A DNA stretch of 64,000 nucleotides, taken from assembly GCA_964243265.1 (NCBI GenBank), contig CAXTFY010000001.1, forward strand, positions 15,556 to 79,555, in the 5' to 3' direction. This stretch comes from an uncultured Acetobacteraceae bacterium (GTDB lineage Bacteria; Pseudomonadota; Alphaproteobacteria; Acetobacterales; Acetobacteraceae). The position numbers and the translations under genes are program-made. Below are positions 1 to 8,565 of this stretch, piece after piece. How positions within the stretch are numbered: the stretch's first letter is position 1; each line of letters starts with the position of its first letter. The notes under the pieces are model-generated. The model did no database searches and was not told where the DNA came from. It saw only the letters and a program-made list of their open reading frames with translations.

Positions 1-508
1 TCTGCAACGCTTTCTGGCGCTTGTCGCCGGCAAGATCACTGAGTTCCTGCCCCTCACGTCCTCCGCGGGTGCCGCAAGCGCCGGCGCGCTGATTGCCACC
101 AACGCTGCCGGCACCCTCGATCCCACGTTCCTGCCCACGGGCATTGGTGCTGATACGCAGTCGATGGTGGCAAGCGAGGCCCTATCTGCGGGCGCCCTGG
201 TCAATGTCTGGAACAACTCCGGCGTCGCCAATGCGCGCAACGCCGACGGCAGCACCACGGGCAAGCAGGCTGACGGGTTCGTTCTGGCGGCGGTGGCGAG
301 TGCTGCAAGCGCGACCGTGTACCTGGGCGGCATCAACACCTCCGTCACCGGTCAGGTCCCGGGTCTCGCATTCCTCTCCGACACGGCCGTTGGGGCATTG
401 TCGGCAACTGGTGCGAGCACCGCGGGCCACACCTACCAGCAGGTCGGCGTGGTGACTGCGGCGGGCGCGCTGCAGTTCGATCCGCAGGCGCCTATCGTCA
501 GGGCGTAA
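1..508 (+). CDS. tail-fibre-like protein, C-terminal part (5' end outside window)
   Basis: Reading frame 2 is open from nt 2 to the stop at 506-508 (ORF track shows 164..508). Ala/Gly/Thr-rich with a fibre-like 'GTLDPTFLPTG' motif. The next fibre-like gene starts 4 nt later. Confidence 0.55.
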   Translation, partial: LQRFLALVAGKITEFLPLTSSAGAASAGALIATNAAGTLDPTFLPTGIGADTQSMVASEALSAGALVNVWNNSGVANARNADGSTTGKQADGFVLAAVASAASATVYLGGINTSVTGQVPGLAFLSDTAVGALSATGASTAGHTYQQVGVVTAAGALQFDPQAPIVRA

Positions 509-511
509 GCT

Positions 512-1930
512 GTGTCCAGTCGCAAGCCCCTTGTTGTCGGCCCCGCGCCGGGACCGCAGGAGCTTGCGGCTGGCGACGTTCTCCTGGTCGGCACTGCGGC
601 GGCGGGAGACAAAACCACCGGTGCCGCCAGTACCGCATGGGTGTCGTCCTACTTTGCGGCGCTCACCGGGGCGACCTACACCGGCACGATCAACGCGCCG
701 GGTGGTTTGTCATTCGGCGGCGATACCACCAACGGCAACATCAACATCGGCGGCGGCGGCGCTGCTACGCCTTACCTTACATTCAATACAAATAACATTA
801 AACTTATCAATGATATATCTGGTCAGCTTACGATAGCCGGGCTCAATGGGTCTTTCGGAAAATTCACTGGCGGCGGCGGCGGGTCGAGTTCCCTGGTGCT
901 GGTCGGCGGACTTAGTTCTGGCGTCTCACCCACCTTCCCCACCCCCGCCAATGGCGACAACTCCACCAAGGGGGCGACCACAGCGTTCATCGCGGCTGCG
1001 CTCGGCTCCTGCAGCTATCTGAACGGCACCCTGGTCAGCGGCACCGCCGGGTCACTGCCGCGCACGGACATCTTCACCATCGCCAACACCGCCGCCTGGA
1101 CCAAGGACACGCGCGCAACCCTGATACAAGGCACCTTGATCGGCGGTGGCGGCGGCGGCGGCGCGGGCGTGGTCGCGGCGGCTTCGGCCGCGGCATCCGG
1201 CGGCAGCGCGGGCGGCGCGGGCTATACCCTGGATTTCACTGCGTTGGCGTCCGACTTCCCGGCCACCATCGCCGCATCGAGCATCGTGGTCGGCCTGGCG
1301 GGCACCCCCGGCGCGGCGTCCACCTCGGCCACCGTGGGGGCCACTGGCAACCCCGGCGGCGGGAGCAACCTGCCCAGCCTGTTCTCGGCGTCCGGCGGTG
1401 GCTACGGCACCGGCGGCGTGCGTGCCGGCGCGGCGCCCGGCGGCGTCGGGGGTGGCCTCCAAGGCACCGGGGCGCTGTCCGGCGGCGGCGCGTCGGCCGC
1501 AGGCTCAGCCTATCCAGGCGGCGGCAGCGGCGGCGCCAGCGGCGTCAATGGCGCCGGGGGCGGCAACGCCCCTACGGTCCTGCTCCGCGGTGGCCAGGGT
1601 GGCTCGGCCGGCGGCGGCATCAGCGCCGCCGGAGCGGCGTTCGGCGGCGGCTATGCCAACCCCTGCTGGGGCGTGCAGGCGGCGTATGCGCTGGAGAACC
1701 AGTCATCGGCCAACCAGAACGGCCCGGCGCAGACCGCACCCTCGGTGGCGTATGGCCCTGGTGCCGGCGGCCTCGGCGGCGGCAGCGCGGCCACCGGGGT
1801 CGCGGGCGCCGGCAGCATCGGCTCGGGCTACGGTTCGGGCGGCGGCGGCGGCGGCTCCGCGGTGGCTACATACACCCCGGGGTCCGGCGGCGCGGGCACG
1901 CCTGGCCTCATCATCATCACGCAACGCTAG
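512..1930 (+). CDS. glycine-rich tail-fibre / receptor-binding-like protein
   Basis: 472-aa ORF (GTG start) with long Gly/Ala/Ser runs (GGGGGGAG, GGSGGASG), ending in 'GTPGLIIITQR'. Sits next to another fibre gene. Contains an AT-rich patch at about 765-845. Confidence 0.6.
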   Translation: MSSRKPLVVGPAPGPQELAAGDVLLVGTAAAGDKTTGAASTAWVSSYFAALTGATYTGTINAPGGLSFGGDTTNGNINIGGGGAATPYLTFNTNNIKLINDISGQLTIAGLNGSFGKFTGGGGGSSSLVLVGGLSSGVSPTFPTPANGDNSTKGATTAFIAAALGSCSYLNGTLVSGTAGSLPRTDIFTIANTAAWTKDTRATLIQGTLIGGGGGGGAGVVAAASAAASGGSAGGAGYTLDFTALASDFPATIAASSIVVGLAGTPGAASTSATVGATGNPGGGSNLPSLFSASGGGYGTGGVRAGAAPGGVGGGLQGTGALSGGGASAAGSAYPGGGSGGASGVNGAGGGNAPTVLLRGGQGGSAGGGISAAGAAFGGGYANPCWGVQAAYALENQSSANQNGPAQTAPSVAYGPGAGGLGGGSAATGVAGAGSIGSGYGSGGGGGGSAVATYTPGSGGAGTPGLIIITQR

Positions 1931-1942
1931 GCAATCGTGGTT

Positions 1943-2149
1943 CTAAGGGCCGGAATCGGTCAAGGCGACCGCAGCACGGTCGGCCCGGTGCTGCATCATC
2001 GAGCGAACCCCTTTTAAGAAGTCGATCACGTCGTCCACGTCGGTTTCGCTTTTGGCCCGGACGTTGACCAAGAGGGTTCCATCGCGCTGCATGACGAGTC
2101 GCAGGACCTCACTCGTGCTGTCGGCCGCCGGTATGGGATCAGCGGCCAT
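1943..2149 (-). CDS. hypothetical small protein
   Basis: 68-aa ORF with balanced composition. GAGGA Shine-Dalgarno about 8 nt upstream. Last gene of the leftward operon. Confidence 0.5.
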   Translation of the reverse strand: MAADPIPAADSTSEVLRLVMQRDGTLLVNVRAKSETDVDDVIDFLKGVRSMMQHRADRAAVALTDSGP

Positions 2150-2164
2150 TGGGCGTGTCCTCGA

Positions 2165-2650
2165 TCATGTCGTGTCGTCCTGGGGTTCCGGTGGGTTCTT
2201 GGGCAGGTAGAGGCCCATGACGTGCTGCAGGTAGGGCAGGGACGGTCCGGCGTATTCCGGGCCATCCTTCATCGCCAGGCGTAGCGCCTTGATGACGAGC
2301 GCCTGCGTTCGCAGCGTCTCGCGCGCCTGGTCGAGCAGGCGTTGTGTTTGGGCTAGGTAGTTGTACGCAGTGCTCGCTTGCTGTTCGGCATACTTGACCG
2401 GCTCGTACTCCGGCGTTTCCCTTAATCGCCTCCAAATGGCCTCGTAGATGCCTTCCACCTTTTCCGGCTGCACGATAACGTAAGTAGGGCTGGTCTCGCC
2501 GCGTTCCTGCCAGGGTGGGAAGGTCGCCCGGAATTGCTGGATGCCGCCGCAGCCGGCCATCGAAAACTCGCCGCAGATGGACGCGACACGCTGCACCTCC
2601 AGGATGGCCTGCTCCTCGGGTGTCCTGCGGCGGGGATCAGTCGGCGGCAT
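2165..2650 (-). CDS. hypothetical protein
   Basis: ORF 2165..2680 trimmed to the ATG at 2650 (MPPTDP...), which overlaps the upstream stop by 14 nt. Non-repetitive, balanced composition. Confidence 0.55.
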   Translation of the reverse strand: MPPTDPRRRTPEEQAILEVQRVASICGEFSMAGCGGIQQFRATFPPWQERGETSPTYVIVQPEKVEGIYEAIWRRLRETPEYEPVKYAEQQASTAYNYLAQTQRLLDQARETLRTQALVIKALRLAMKDGPEYAGPSLPYLQHVMGLYLPKNPPEPQDDTT

Positions 2651-3542
2651 CTGCGAACATCTTACCCTGGCGACCTGCAAGCCGATCGGTGCGAACCGAA
2701 CCGTTGTAGCTGGCGAAATCGGTATATTTCCAAAACCGGCCGTTGGCCCATCGCTGCACGCGCGCCAGCAGGTGCGGTGTCCATCCGTGCCGCACCCATG
2801 GCTGCTTGACGAGCGTATTGAGCTTCATCACCGGCTGCACGTATGGCTCGCCGCCCCACTCGATCACGCGGCGGATGCGGGCCATGCACTCCTCGAAGGG
2901 TTCATGCCCGATCATCACGTAGGGGGCGATGCGCCGGGACGGCACGCCGCGGCGCCGCAGCATCGCCATCACGCGGCGTACGTCGGGCGTTTCCTTTGTC
3001 TCGTCCAGGCCGAAGCGCCACGGTCCCCGGTTGATCGGCCGCCACCGCTCGAACACGTCCTCATCGAACGTCAGCGGCTCAAAGCCGCTGTTGGCGTCGA
3101 GCAGGGGGACGCCGGCGGCGCGGTAGCGGTCCACGATATGCTGCTGATACTCGGCCGGCAGGGCGGACAGGTTGTTGTCGGTGAGCACCGGCCGCGGCAC
3201 GAAATCGGGCAGGAAGGTGAAGGTGCGGCCGTCCATCGCCGGGACGATGCAGTAGAAGCAGTTGACCGGGCAGCCGCGGCTTGCCGTGGTCGCCATGGGG
3301 TTGTGGTGGACCAGCGCATCGGACACCTCGCCGCCCAGCTCGGCGACGTCGGCCAGGTGGTGTTTGCGCGTAAACAGGCCCGGGCCGCCGGCGCGCACCC
3401 GGTAGCCCTGGGCGCGGTAGTAGATTGCCTTGCTCCAAGCCTCGTCCAGCTTCCAACTGAAGGCCACGGACAGATAGGCGGTGTCGCCGTCCACCCATTC
3501 AGCCAGGCCATCGGCCCATGATCCCCGGGTGTAGGTGGTCAC
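2637..3542 (-). CDS. radical SAM superfamily protein
   Basis: CX3CX2C cluster 'GCPVNCFYC' (about nt 3249-3272). GTG start at 3542 makes a GTGA overlap with the upstream Zn-ribbon gene. About 301 aa. Confidence 0.7.
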   Translation of the reverse strand: MTTYTRGSWADGLAEWVDGDTAYLSVAFSWKLDEAWSKAIYYRAQGYRVRAGGPGLFTRKHHLADVAELGGEVSDALVHHNPMATTASRGCPVNCFYCIVPAMDGRTFTFLPDFVPRPVLTDNNLSALPAEYQQHIVDRYRAAGVPLLDANSGFEPLTFDEDVFERWRPINRGPWRFGLDETKETPDVRRVMAMLRRRGVPSRRIAPYVMIGHEPFEECMARIRRVIEWGGEPYVQPVMKLNTLVKQPWVRHGWTPHLLARVQRWANGRFWKYTDFASYNGSVRTDRLAGRQGKMFADAAD

Positions 3543-3769
3543 GGCGGCAGGACCTCGGCCGAGCTGGTGACGCCGCAGCCGCATTTGACCGAGCTGCCAT
3601 GCAGGATGGCCCGCGCCACCCCGCACCCTTGGCAAACGAAGGTCCGGCAGGCGGGCGGACCATAAAGCACGCGCTCCCGTATCGCATCGATGTCCCGGTG
3701 GATCATCTGCTGGAGCAGGCGCACGGCTTCGGCTTGCAGGTCCGCCCGGTCAGGCATGGGGAGGGTCAT
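3539..3769 (-). CDS. small zinc-ribbon protein
   Basis: 76 aa with 'CRTFVCQGCG...CGCG' Cys pairs. Translationally coupled at both ends. Confidence 0.5.
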   Translation of the reverse strand: MTLPMPDRADLQAEAVRLLQQMIHRDIDAIRERVLYGPPACRTFVCQGCGVARAILHGSSVKCGCGVTSSAEVLPP

Positions 3770-4080
3770 CCTGGGTCCTGCGTTGAGCGGAAGCGATCGC
3801 TTCCACTGGAGCCAAGGGGTCCACCGGACGATGAACCAAGGGGTTCACCGGACATGGCCGCGGCCTCGCTGGGCTTGCAGGGGGGCATCACGCGCCCCTC
3901 CTCCTCGGACAGCATCCAATCGTCCATGCTCTGCGACCAGCGGCGGCGCACGGCTTCGAGCTTCCGGAAGGCGCGGATGGTTCGCAAGGTGTAGTAGAAG
4001 GACACCGCCATCGAGGCAGCTTGCGCGGCGAGCATTCCCAGCGCGACGGCGTTCTCGAACATCATGCTTTCCCCCATCAT
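3766..4080 (-). CDS. small membrane protein with 8-aa tandem repeat
   Basis: ATG 4080 makes an ATGA overlap with the ATPase stop. One hydrophobic helix (AVALGMLAAQAASMAVSFYY). The C-terminal 'GEPLGSS/GGPLGSS' is encoded by a 24-bp tandem repeat. Confidence 0.45.
   Translation of the reverse strand: MMGESMMFENAVALGMLAAQAASMAVSFYYTLRTIRAFRKLEAVRRRWSQSMDDWMLSEEEGRVMPPCKPSEAAAMSGEPLGSSSGGPLGSSGSDRFRSTQDPG
3811..3854. repeat. 2 x approximately 24-bp tandem repeat sharing the GTCCGGTGAAC core (reverse complement)
   Basis: gCCAAGGGGTCCACCGGACg, then atga, then aCCAAGGGGTTCACCGGACa. The 11-mer GTTCACCGGAC is the reverse complement of the core at 36049 and 36073. Confidence 0.6.
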
Positions 4081-5831
4081 GCGGCGCGCTCCTGGGGCTG
4101 GGCGGGTGGATCTCCCAGCCACACCATGCCGACGTCCTCGGGGACCTGGGGCGGCCCGCGGGTGGTGCCGAGCAGCACGACGGTATCGAGCTGGTCGGCC
4201 AGGGTCAGCAGGTGCAGCCATCGCATCGCCAGCGGCCGGGCTGGCACGTCGAGCACGTCAAACTCATCGAGCACGACAAACTTCATGGCCGAGAACGTGG
4301 CGATCGCGCAGGCGAGCATCGTGTCGGCCCGCCATTGCTCGGACCGGGACAGCAGGGCGTAGGGGCGGCGGTCGGCGGTCAGGGCCATGTCGGCGCCGAT
4401 GGCCACCTGCCGCCATCCCGTCTGCGCCGCATAGTCCCGCAGCAAGGCGTTGAAGGGGCCGATGACCTTCTTCAGCACCTCGCCCGGGATGCCGTCCGGT
4501 GCCAAGGCCTCGCCGATGGCGGTCCAGCCCACCACCGCGGCGTGCTGGGCGGCGGCGGAGGCGGTGGCAGCGGCAGCTTGGGCGATGGCGGCATGGTTGT
4601 CCCTGGCCAGCGCAAGCCTCGCTGTTTTCATCTCCACCTGCTTCTGTGCGGATTGCACGGCCGCTTGCAGCGCGGCGCGGTCCTCTCCCGCCGGCGCCGG
4701 AGCCTCCGGGGCCAGCTTCGCCAGCAAGTCGGAAGCGGTGTCGGCGGCCACCCACTCAGCGAAGCACGCGGCCCGGAGATCCTTCGCCTGTTTGATCTTG
4801 GCCTCCGCCTCGGCCAGCTTCACGGCCGCCTCCGCTCTTTGCCCCGAGGTACTGGCGCCTGCCTTGGTGGTGGTCTGCACCAGGAAGCCGTGTACGAGTT
4901 GCAGGGGTTTGTTGCAGCACGGGCAGGTCAGGTGTTCCAACTCGGCTTGGGCGTCCATCTCCGCCTTGCGCTGGCGTAGCGGCTCGGCCTGCGTGTCGGT
5001 GGCGTCGAGCACCTGGTCGGCGATTCTCAACCCCTCGCGCGCCCCGGTCAGCTTGTCGGCATCGGCTTGCAGCTTCGCTAGGCGGGCTGTGGTGGCGGCA
5101 CGGCTGGCCACGAAGGCGTCAAGGGCGCCAAGCTCGCCGGAGCAGTAGCGCATCGTCGCCAGGCAAGCCTGCAACTCTGCCTCCAGTTCAAGCAGGTCGC
5201 GGGGCACGCCCGGCCCGGTGTCGGGCGGGGCAACAACAAAGCCCTCTCCTTTGACCGCGCCGTAGGTCTGGCCGGTGAGGACTTTCCAGGCCCCGCGCGC
5301 CTCGGCTGCGCCTCGCACGGCTTGCTTGGTCCAGTCTTCGAGGCTGCCGGTGGGCAGGAGTTGCGCCGTCAGGGCGGCGGGGTGCTTGCGTTCGGCCAGC
5401 ATGGCGAGGATGGCGCCCGGCCCGATGTCGGCCCGCATCAGGGCGCGTAGTAGCGTGCTGCGATCATCGGCGCCGACGGTGGCGAAGCGCCGAGTGTCGA
5501 GCAGGTAGGGCACGGCGGCGGTCACGGCCTCGTCGGGGACCGGCAGCCGGGCGCCCGCGAGGATCTTGCCGGAGGCGATGTCACGCGACACCGTGACCGC
5601 CTCGAACGTGATGCCGACGCTGCCCCGGTCGGCGCCGTCGGTGATGAGCTGCTTGCGGTCCGATTTCAGCGTCACGCGCCGCAGGTCGGCCGTCATGCCG
5701 AACGCGATGGCCTCAGCGATGCTGGACTTGCCCGAAGCGTTCGGCCCGGCGATGACGGTCATCGGTGCCAGGGCCAGGTCGAGATGGTTGTGCGTGAGCC
5801 AGTTGGTCAGCGTGAGGGCGGTGAGCTGCAT
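4077..5831 (-). CDS. Rad50/SbcC-like (SMC-type) AAA ATPase
   Basis: N-terminal Walker A 'GPNASGKSS'. Long Ala/Leu/Gln coiled-coil with a CPCC hook-like motif. C-terminal Walker B 'FVVLDEFDVLD'. Confidence 0.8.
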   Translation of the reverse strand: MQLTALTLTNWLTHNHLDLALAPMTVIAGPNASGKSSIAEAIAFGMTADLRRVTLKSDRKQLITDGADRGSVGITFEAVTVSRDIASGKILAGARLPVPDEAVTAAVPYLLDTRRFATVGADDRSTLLRALMRADIGPGAILAMLAERKHPAALTAQLLPTGSLEDWTKQAVRGAAEARGAWKVLTGQTYGAVKGEGFVVAPPDTGPGVPRDLLELEAELQACLATMRYCSGELGALDAFVASRAATTARLAKLQADADKLTGAREGLRIADQVLDATDTQAEPLRQRKAEMDAQAELEHLTCPCCNKPLQLVHGFLVQTTTKAGASTSGQRAEAAVKLAEAEAKIKQAKDLRAACFAEWVAADTASDLLAKLAPEAPAPAGEDRAALQAAVQSAQKQVEMKTARLALARDNHAAIAQAAAATASAAAQHAAVVGWTAIGEALAPDGIPGEVLKKVIGPFNALLRDYAAQTGWRQVAIGADMALTADRRPYALLSRSEQWRADTMLACAIATFSAMKFVVLDEFDVLDVPARPLAMRWLHLLTLADQLDTVVLLGTTRGPPQVPEDVGMVWLGDPPAQPQERAA

Positions 5832-5840
5832 CGCACTCTC

Positions 5841-6968
5841 CTACTCGCAATCGCCGAACCCGCCTGCCCCTTGCAAATCGCCAGGCGATTTCGCTGTCGC
5901 TGCCGGGATGGCAGGGGCCGGGGGTGCGGGTTGTGCAGTGGGTTCGGCGGCAATCGTGAACACTGTGGCCGGGGCATTGCCTCCGGTGAATGTGATCGCT
6001 GGGCCTGACGTGGGGGGGCGTCCTCCGCTCCCGCCCCCGCTTCCGGGGGGAGGGGGTTGTTGGGCGGGGTCCTGATGCCTCTCCCGCGGGGAGAGGGATG
6101 GGGGGAGTGGGGCACGCAGACTGGCCAGGGAGCGGCTGTGCTGTATGGACGTTGTGTGGTCGTCGGGTGGGGAGGGACGGGGGAACGCGAACGCCGGCAG
6201 GGATAGCGGCTCTATATGGTCACTCAGCCCGGGCCAGGTATCGGTGCGTAGGCTCTCGGCGTAGCGGGGCAGCCAGCGGGCCACGGCCTCTTGGCCTAGC
6301 GCGACGTCGCAGGGGCGCAGTTCGTAGGCGCCGACCAGGTAGGGCGGCTCTTTCTCCACGGCGACGAAAATGAAGGCGTCCGGTTGCCAGCCGTCCGCCT
6401 CCAGCAGCCCGTCACAGTACATCGGCACCTGCCAGTGATAGCGGTAGTCGAAGCAGGCGCGGGCGAAGCGGGCCGGGGTGGCGTCCTCGCACGATTTCAC
6501 ATCGAAGACGATGCGGCGGACACGGTCGATGCCATCGCTGCGCCCGCGGCAGAGCACGCCGGTCGCGCGGTCGCGCCAGGTGAACGACCGTTCAACTATT
6601 AGGTCCCGGGTGATGAGGGCGGCGCCGATCGGGTGGGCGTGCACGGCGTCGGCGATGCGCCGGGCCTCGTCCATCTCGGCTTGTTTGACCAGCTCGCGGC
6701 CGAGCGCGGCGGTCATCTCCGCCTGATAGGCCTTGTGCGTCTCGTTGAACGCCCGGAGCTGGGAGGTTTGGTATCGGTGTTCGAGCTGGTCCGGCTCCAG
6801 GATTGCGGTGTGGATCAGGCTTCCGAACGCCATGGACCGGGTTTTCTGCGCGGGTCCATGGCGGAAGCGGGCGGGGCTGTCGGCATAGCGGGACAGGCCG
6901 GACTTCGAGATGCCGGGGCTTGCGAGGTATTCGTGCAGCGGCAAGCCATCGCGGATGCCTATGTGCAT
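5841..6968 (-). CDS. PD-(D/E)XK exonuclease (RecE/DUF3799-like) with low-complexity tail
   Basis: 'GRSDGID...VFDVKS' D..D-x-K nuclease core and 'YHWQVPMY'. AGGAG 7 nt upstream of ATG 6968. Pro/Gly-rich C-terminal 90 aa. Confidence 0.65.
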   Translation of the reverse strand: MHIGIRDGLPLHEYLASPGISKSGLSRYADSPARFRHGPAQKTRSMAFGSLIHTAILEPDQLEHRYQTSQLRAFNETHKAYQAEMTAALGRELVKQAEMDEARRIADAVHAHPIGAALITRDLIVERSFTWRDRATGVLCRGRSDGIDRVRRIVFDVKSCEDATPARFARACFDYRYHWQVPMYCDGLLEADGWQPDAFIFVAVEKEPPYLVGAYELRPCDVALGQEAVARWLPRYAESLRTDTWPGLSDHIEPLSLPAFAFPRPSPPDDHTTSIQHSRSLASLRAPLPPSLSPRERHQDPAQQPPPPGSGGGSGGRPPTSGPAITFTGGNAPATVFTIAAEPTAQPAPPAPAIPAATAKSPGDLQGAGGFGDCE

Positions 6969-6990
6969 GGGCTGCTCCTGTATGCCCGGG

Positions 6991-7857
6991 TCAGGCATGG
7001 ATTGTGTTTATGACCTTTAGCAGTGTGTCGGCCCCTGCCAGGTCGAGTTCCACGATAGTCAGGCCGGTTGCGACGGTGGCGGCGCCTTCGCGTAGGTGGA
7101 CCAGTTCGCCGTACGCCTTCACGCGATGCTCGCTGTCCAGCCCTACCACCAAATCTTGCAGTTTGGTGGGCACGCTGGCCAGCACTAGCACGTCGCCGGG
7201 CCGGCCGCGGATGCAGCCCATCGGCAGCTCCAGGGCACAGGCGTCGTTGTCGTCCAGGTTGTTCGGCCGGACGGCAAAGCGGGTGGCGCGGGCTGATTCG
7301 AGTCGTTCGGTCGTGCGGTAGAGTGGGATGACCTGCGGCTGGTGGTACAACTTGCCTTCAGCGTCAACGATCCCGCCCGTCCATCCCGCAGCAGCCGCCG
7401 GGCGAGCGGCGGCCGGCGGCGGCGGCAGGTGGGCGGTGTCGCTGCTGGCGTCCGCCGGTGGTTCTTTCGCGGCCTGGAGCCTGGCGACATTGACGTTGGG
7501 CGGGGCGTCCTCGGTGTGATCCTCGAATTTGACATGCGCCCGCTGGGCCTCGGTCAACAGCTTGTACGGGTCGATTTGCAGCATTTTGGCGAGGCGCTGG
7601 GCCTGAAAGGGCAACAGGAAGTTCGGCTTGTGCCGGGTGACGTAGTTGGAGACGTAGCTCGGGCACCGGTCGATTGCTGCGGACAGGTCAATCAGCGAGA
7701 TGCGCAACTCCTTGGCGCGCACGACCACGAGTGACCTGATCGGGTCGCGCGTCCAGTCATAGCGGCCTGGCTTTGGCTGACCTGCGGTGCGCGGGACCTT
7801 GGGTGTCGTCAAAGGGGTGGCAGTTCTGACCCTCTTGACCGCAGTGCGTCGGCTCAT
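6991..7857 (-). CDS. CI-like repressor (XRE-type HTH plus degenerate LexA/S24-like C-domain)
   Basis: HTH segment 'AKELRISLIDLSAAIDRCPSYVSNYVTR'. The C-terminal domain resembles the S24 beta-barrel (PGDVLVL...) but no GDSM serine is visible. The 460-aa ORF is trimmed to ATG 7857. Confidence 0.6.
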   Translation of the reverse strand: MSRRTAVKRVRTATPLTTPKVPRTAGQPKPGRYDWTRDPIRSLVVVRAKELRISLIDLSAAIDRCPSYVSNYVTRHKPNFLLPFQAQRLAKMLQIDPYKLLTEAQRAHVKFEDHTEDAPPNVNVARLQAAKEPPADASSDTAHLPPPPAAARPAAAAGWTGGIVDAEGKLYHQPQVIPLYRTTERLESARATRFAVRPNNLDDNDACALELPMGCIRGRPGDVLVLASVPTKLQDLVVGLDSEHRVKAYGELVHLREGAATVATGLTIVELDLAGADTLLKVINTIHA

Positions 7858-7951
7858 TCCCCAAGGCCTCCAAATGCTAGGATTGGCGGGGAGTTTACCG
7901 GCACAGCCCGGCGATGGCGAGCGCGGGTTGCTCACGATTCGGGTATTGTCC

Positions 7952-7966
7952 TGTCGTGACGGCATG
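7952..7966 (+). promoter_or_regulatory. short form of the TGTCGTGAC box
   Basis: TGTCGTGAC-GGC-ATG is the 23-nt box without its central 11 nt. It lies in the immunity region, directly before ATG 7964. Confidence 0.35.
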
Positions 7967-8443
7967 GGTAATGGAGTCATTATGACGCAACGCCCCACCC
8001 GGCCGGAGTCTGAAGCCATGCGAAGCGGGCCTATCATTACGCCTTGGTTGGCCCGACCGACGCTGCTGCTGAACCAATCTAGGGGGATGCGCTGGTTCAA
8101 GCTGGGGCGACACAACCAGGGGTTAGGTTTCGAGGTTCGCGCCGCGACTAGGGATTGCCGGCCGGCGGCGCCTTTCGTGCGGGCTTTGCTGCGGGTGGTT
8201 CGCCCCTCGATCGGCACGCTGGACACTGACGGGCTGGTGGGCGGCTGCAAAGGCTTGATCGACTGCTTGTTGCCGCCGGGGGCGCCGCGGTGGGTGCCAG
8301 GCGGCCGGGGCCGGTGGGTGGTGCCGCCCCCCAACGGCTGCAGCGTCAAACCGAGAGGTTTGCCGGACATCATCCTGGATGACGGGCCGCATTACAGGGA
8401 ACGGAGGTGTCGGTATTCGACCTCGGGGACTTCTAAGGCATGA
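7964..8443 (+). CDS. possible RusA-like Holliday-junction resolvase
   Basis: Pattern 'ITPW..P..LLNQ..GMRW', then 'LDTDGLVGGCKGLIDCL', then 'ILDDGPHY', similar to the RusA D-x-D-N..K...D..L...LDD layout. ATG 7964 directly follows the short form of the TGTCGTGAC box. 7982 is an alternative start. Confidence 0.35.
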   Translation: MGNGVIMTQRPTRPESEAMRSGPIITPWLARPTLLLNQSRGMRWFKLGRHNQGLGFEVRAATRDCRPAAPFVRALLRVVRPSIGTLDTDGLVGGCKGLIDCLLPPGAPRWVPGGRGRWVVPPPNGCSVKPRGLPDIILDDGPHYRERRCRYSTSGTSKA

Positions 8444-8513
8444 AGTGTTTATGGCGCATTAAAGCGCGTTAAAAACACATGGAGGTGCGGAATCGGACAT
8501 AAAATGACTCGCT

Positions 8514-8542
8514 ATGACATGAAACGTACGTTTTCGTAACCA
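8514..8542 (+). promoter_or_regulatory. candidate rightward early promoter with operator palindrome in the spacer
   Basis: ATGACA-N17-TAACCA. The spacer holds the perfect 12-bp palindrome AAACGTACGTTT (8522-8533). About 24 nt upstream of ATG 8566, in the AT-richer switch region. Confidence 0.3.
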
Positions 8543-8565
8543 TTGCTTTTCATTGTAAGGGCACG

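Noticed and set aside
765-845. Diversity-generating retroelement (DGR) variable or template region in the fibre gene
   Set aside because: There is no reverse transcriptase in the window and no second near-identical copy (TR/VR pair). The patch is not at the C-terminus of the gene.
2637-3542. Calling the radical-SAM protein QueE (preQ0 pathway partner for the TGT-like gene) or a viperin-like enzyme
   Set aside because: The cluster context (GCPVNCFYCIVP) and length do not match what I remember of QueE or pVip motifs. No other que genes are visible. It is kept as a generic radical-SAM protein.
6991-8373. 460-aa version of the CI-like ORF
   Set aside because: The N-terminal 172 aa are Pro/Arg/Ser-rich. 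They cross the AT-richer switch region and the opposite-strand RusA-like ORF. An internal ATG at 7857 with a GGAGG upstream fits better.
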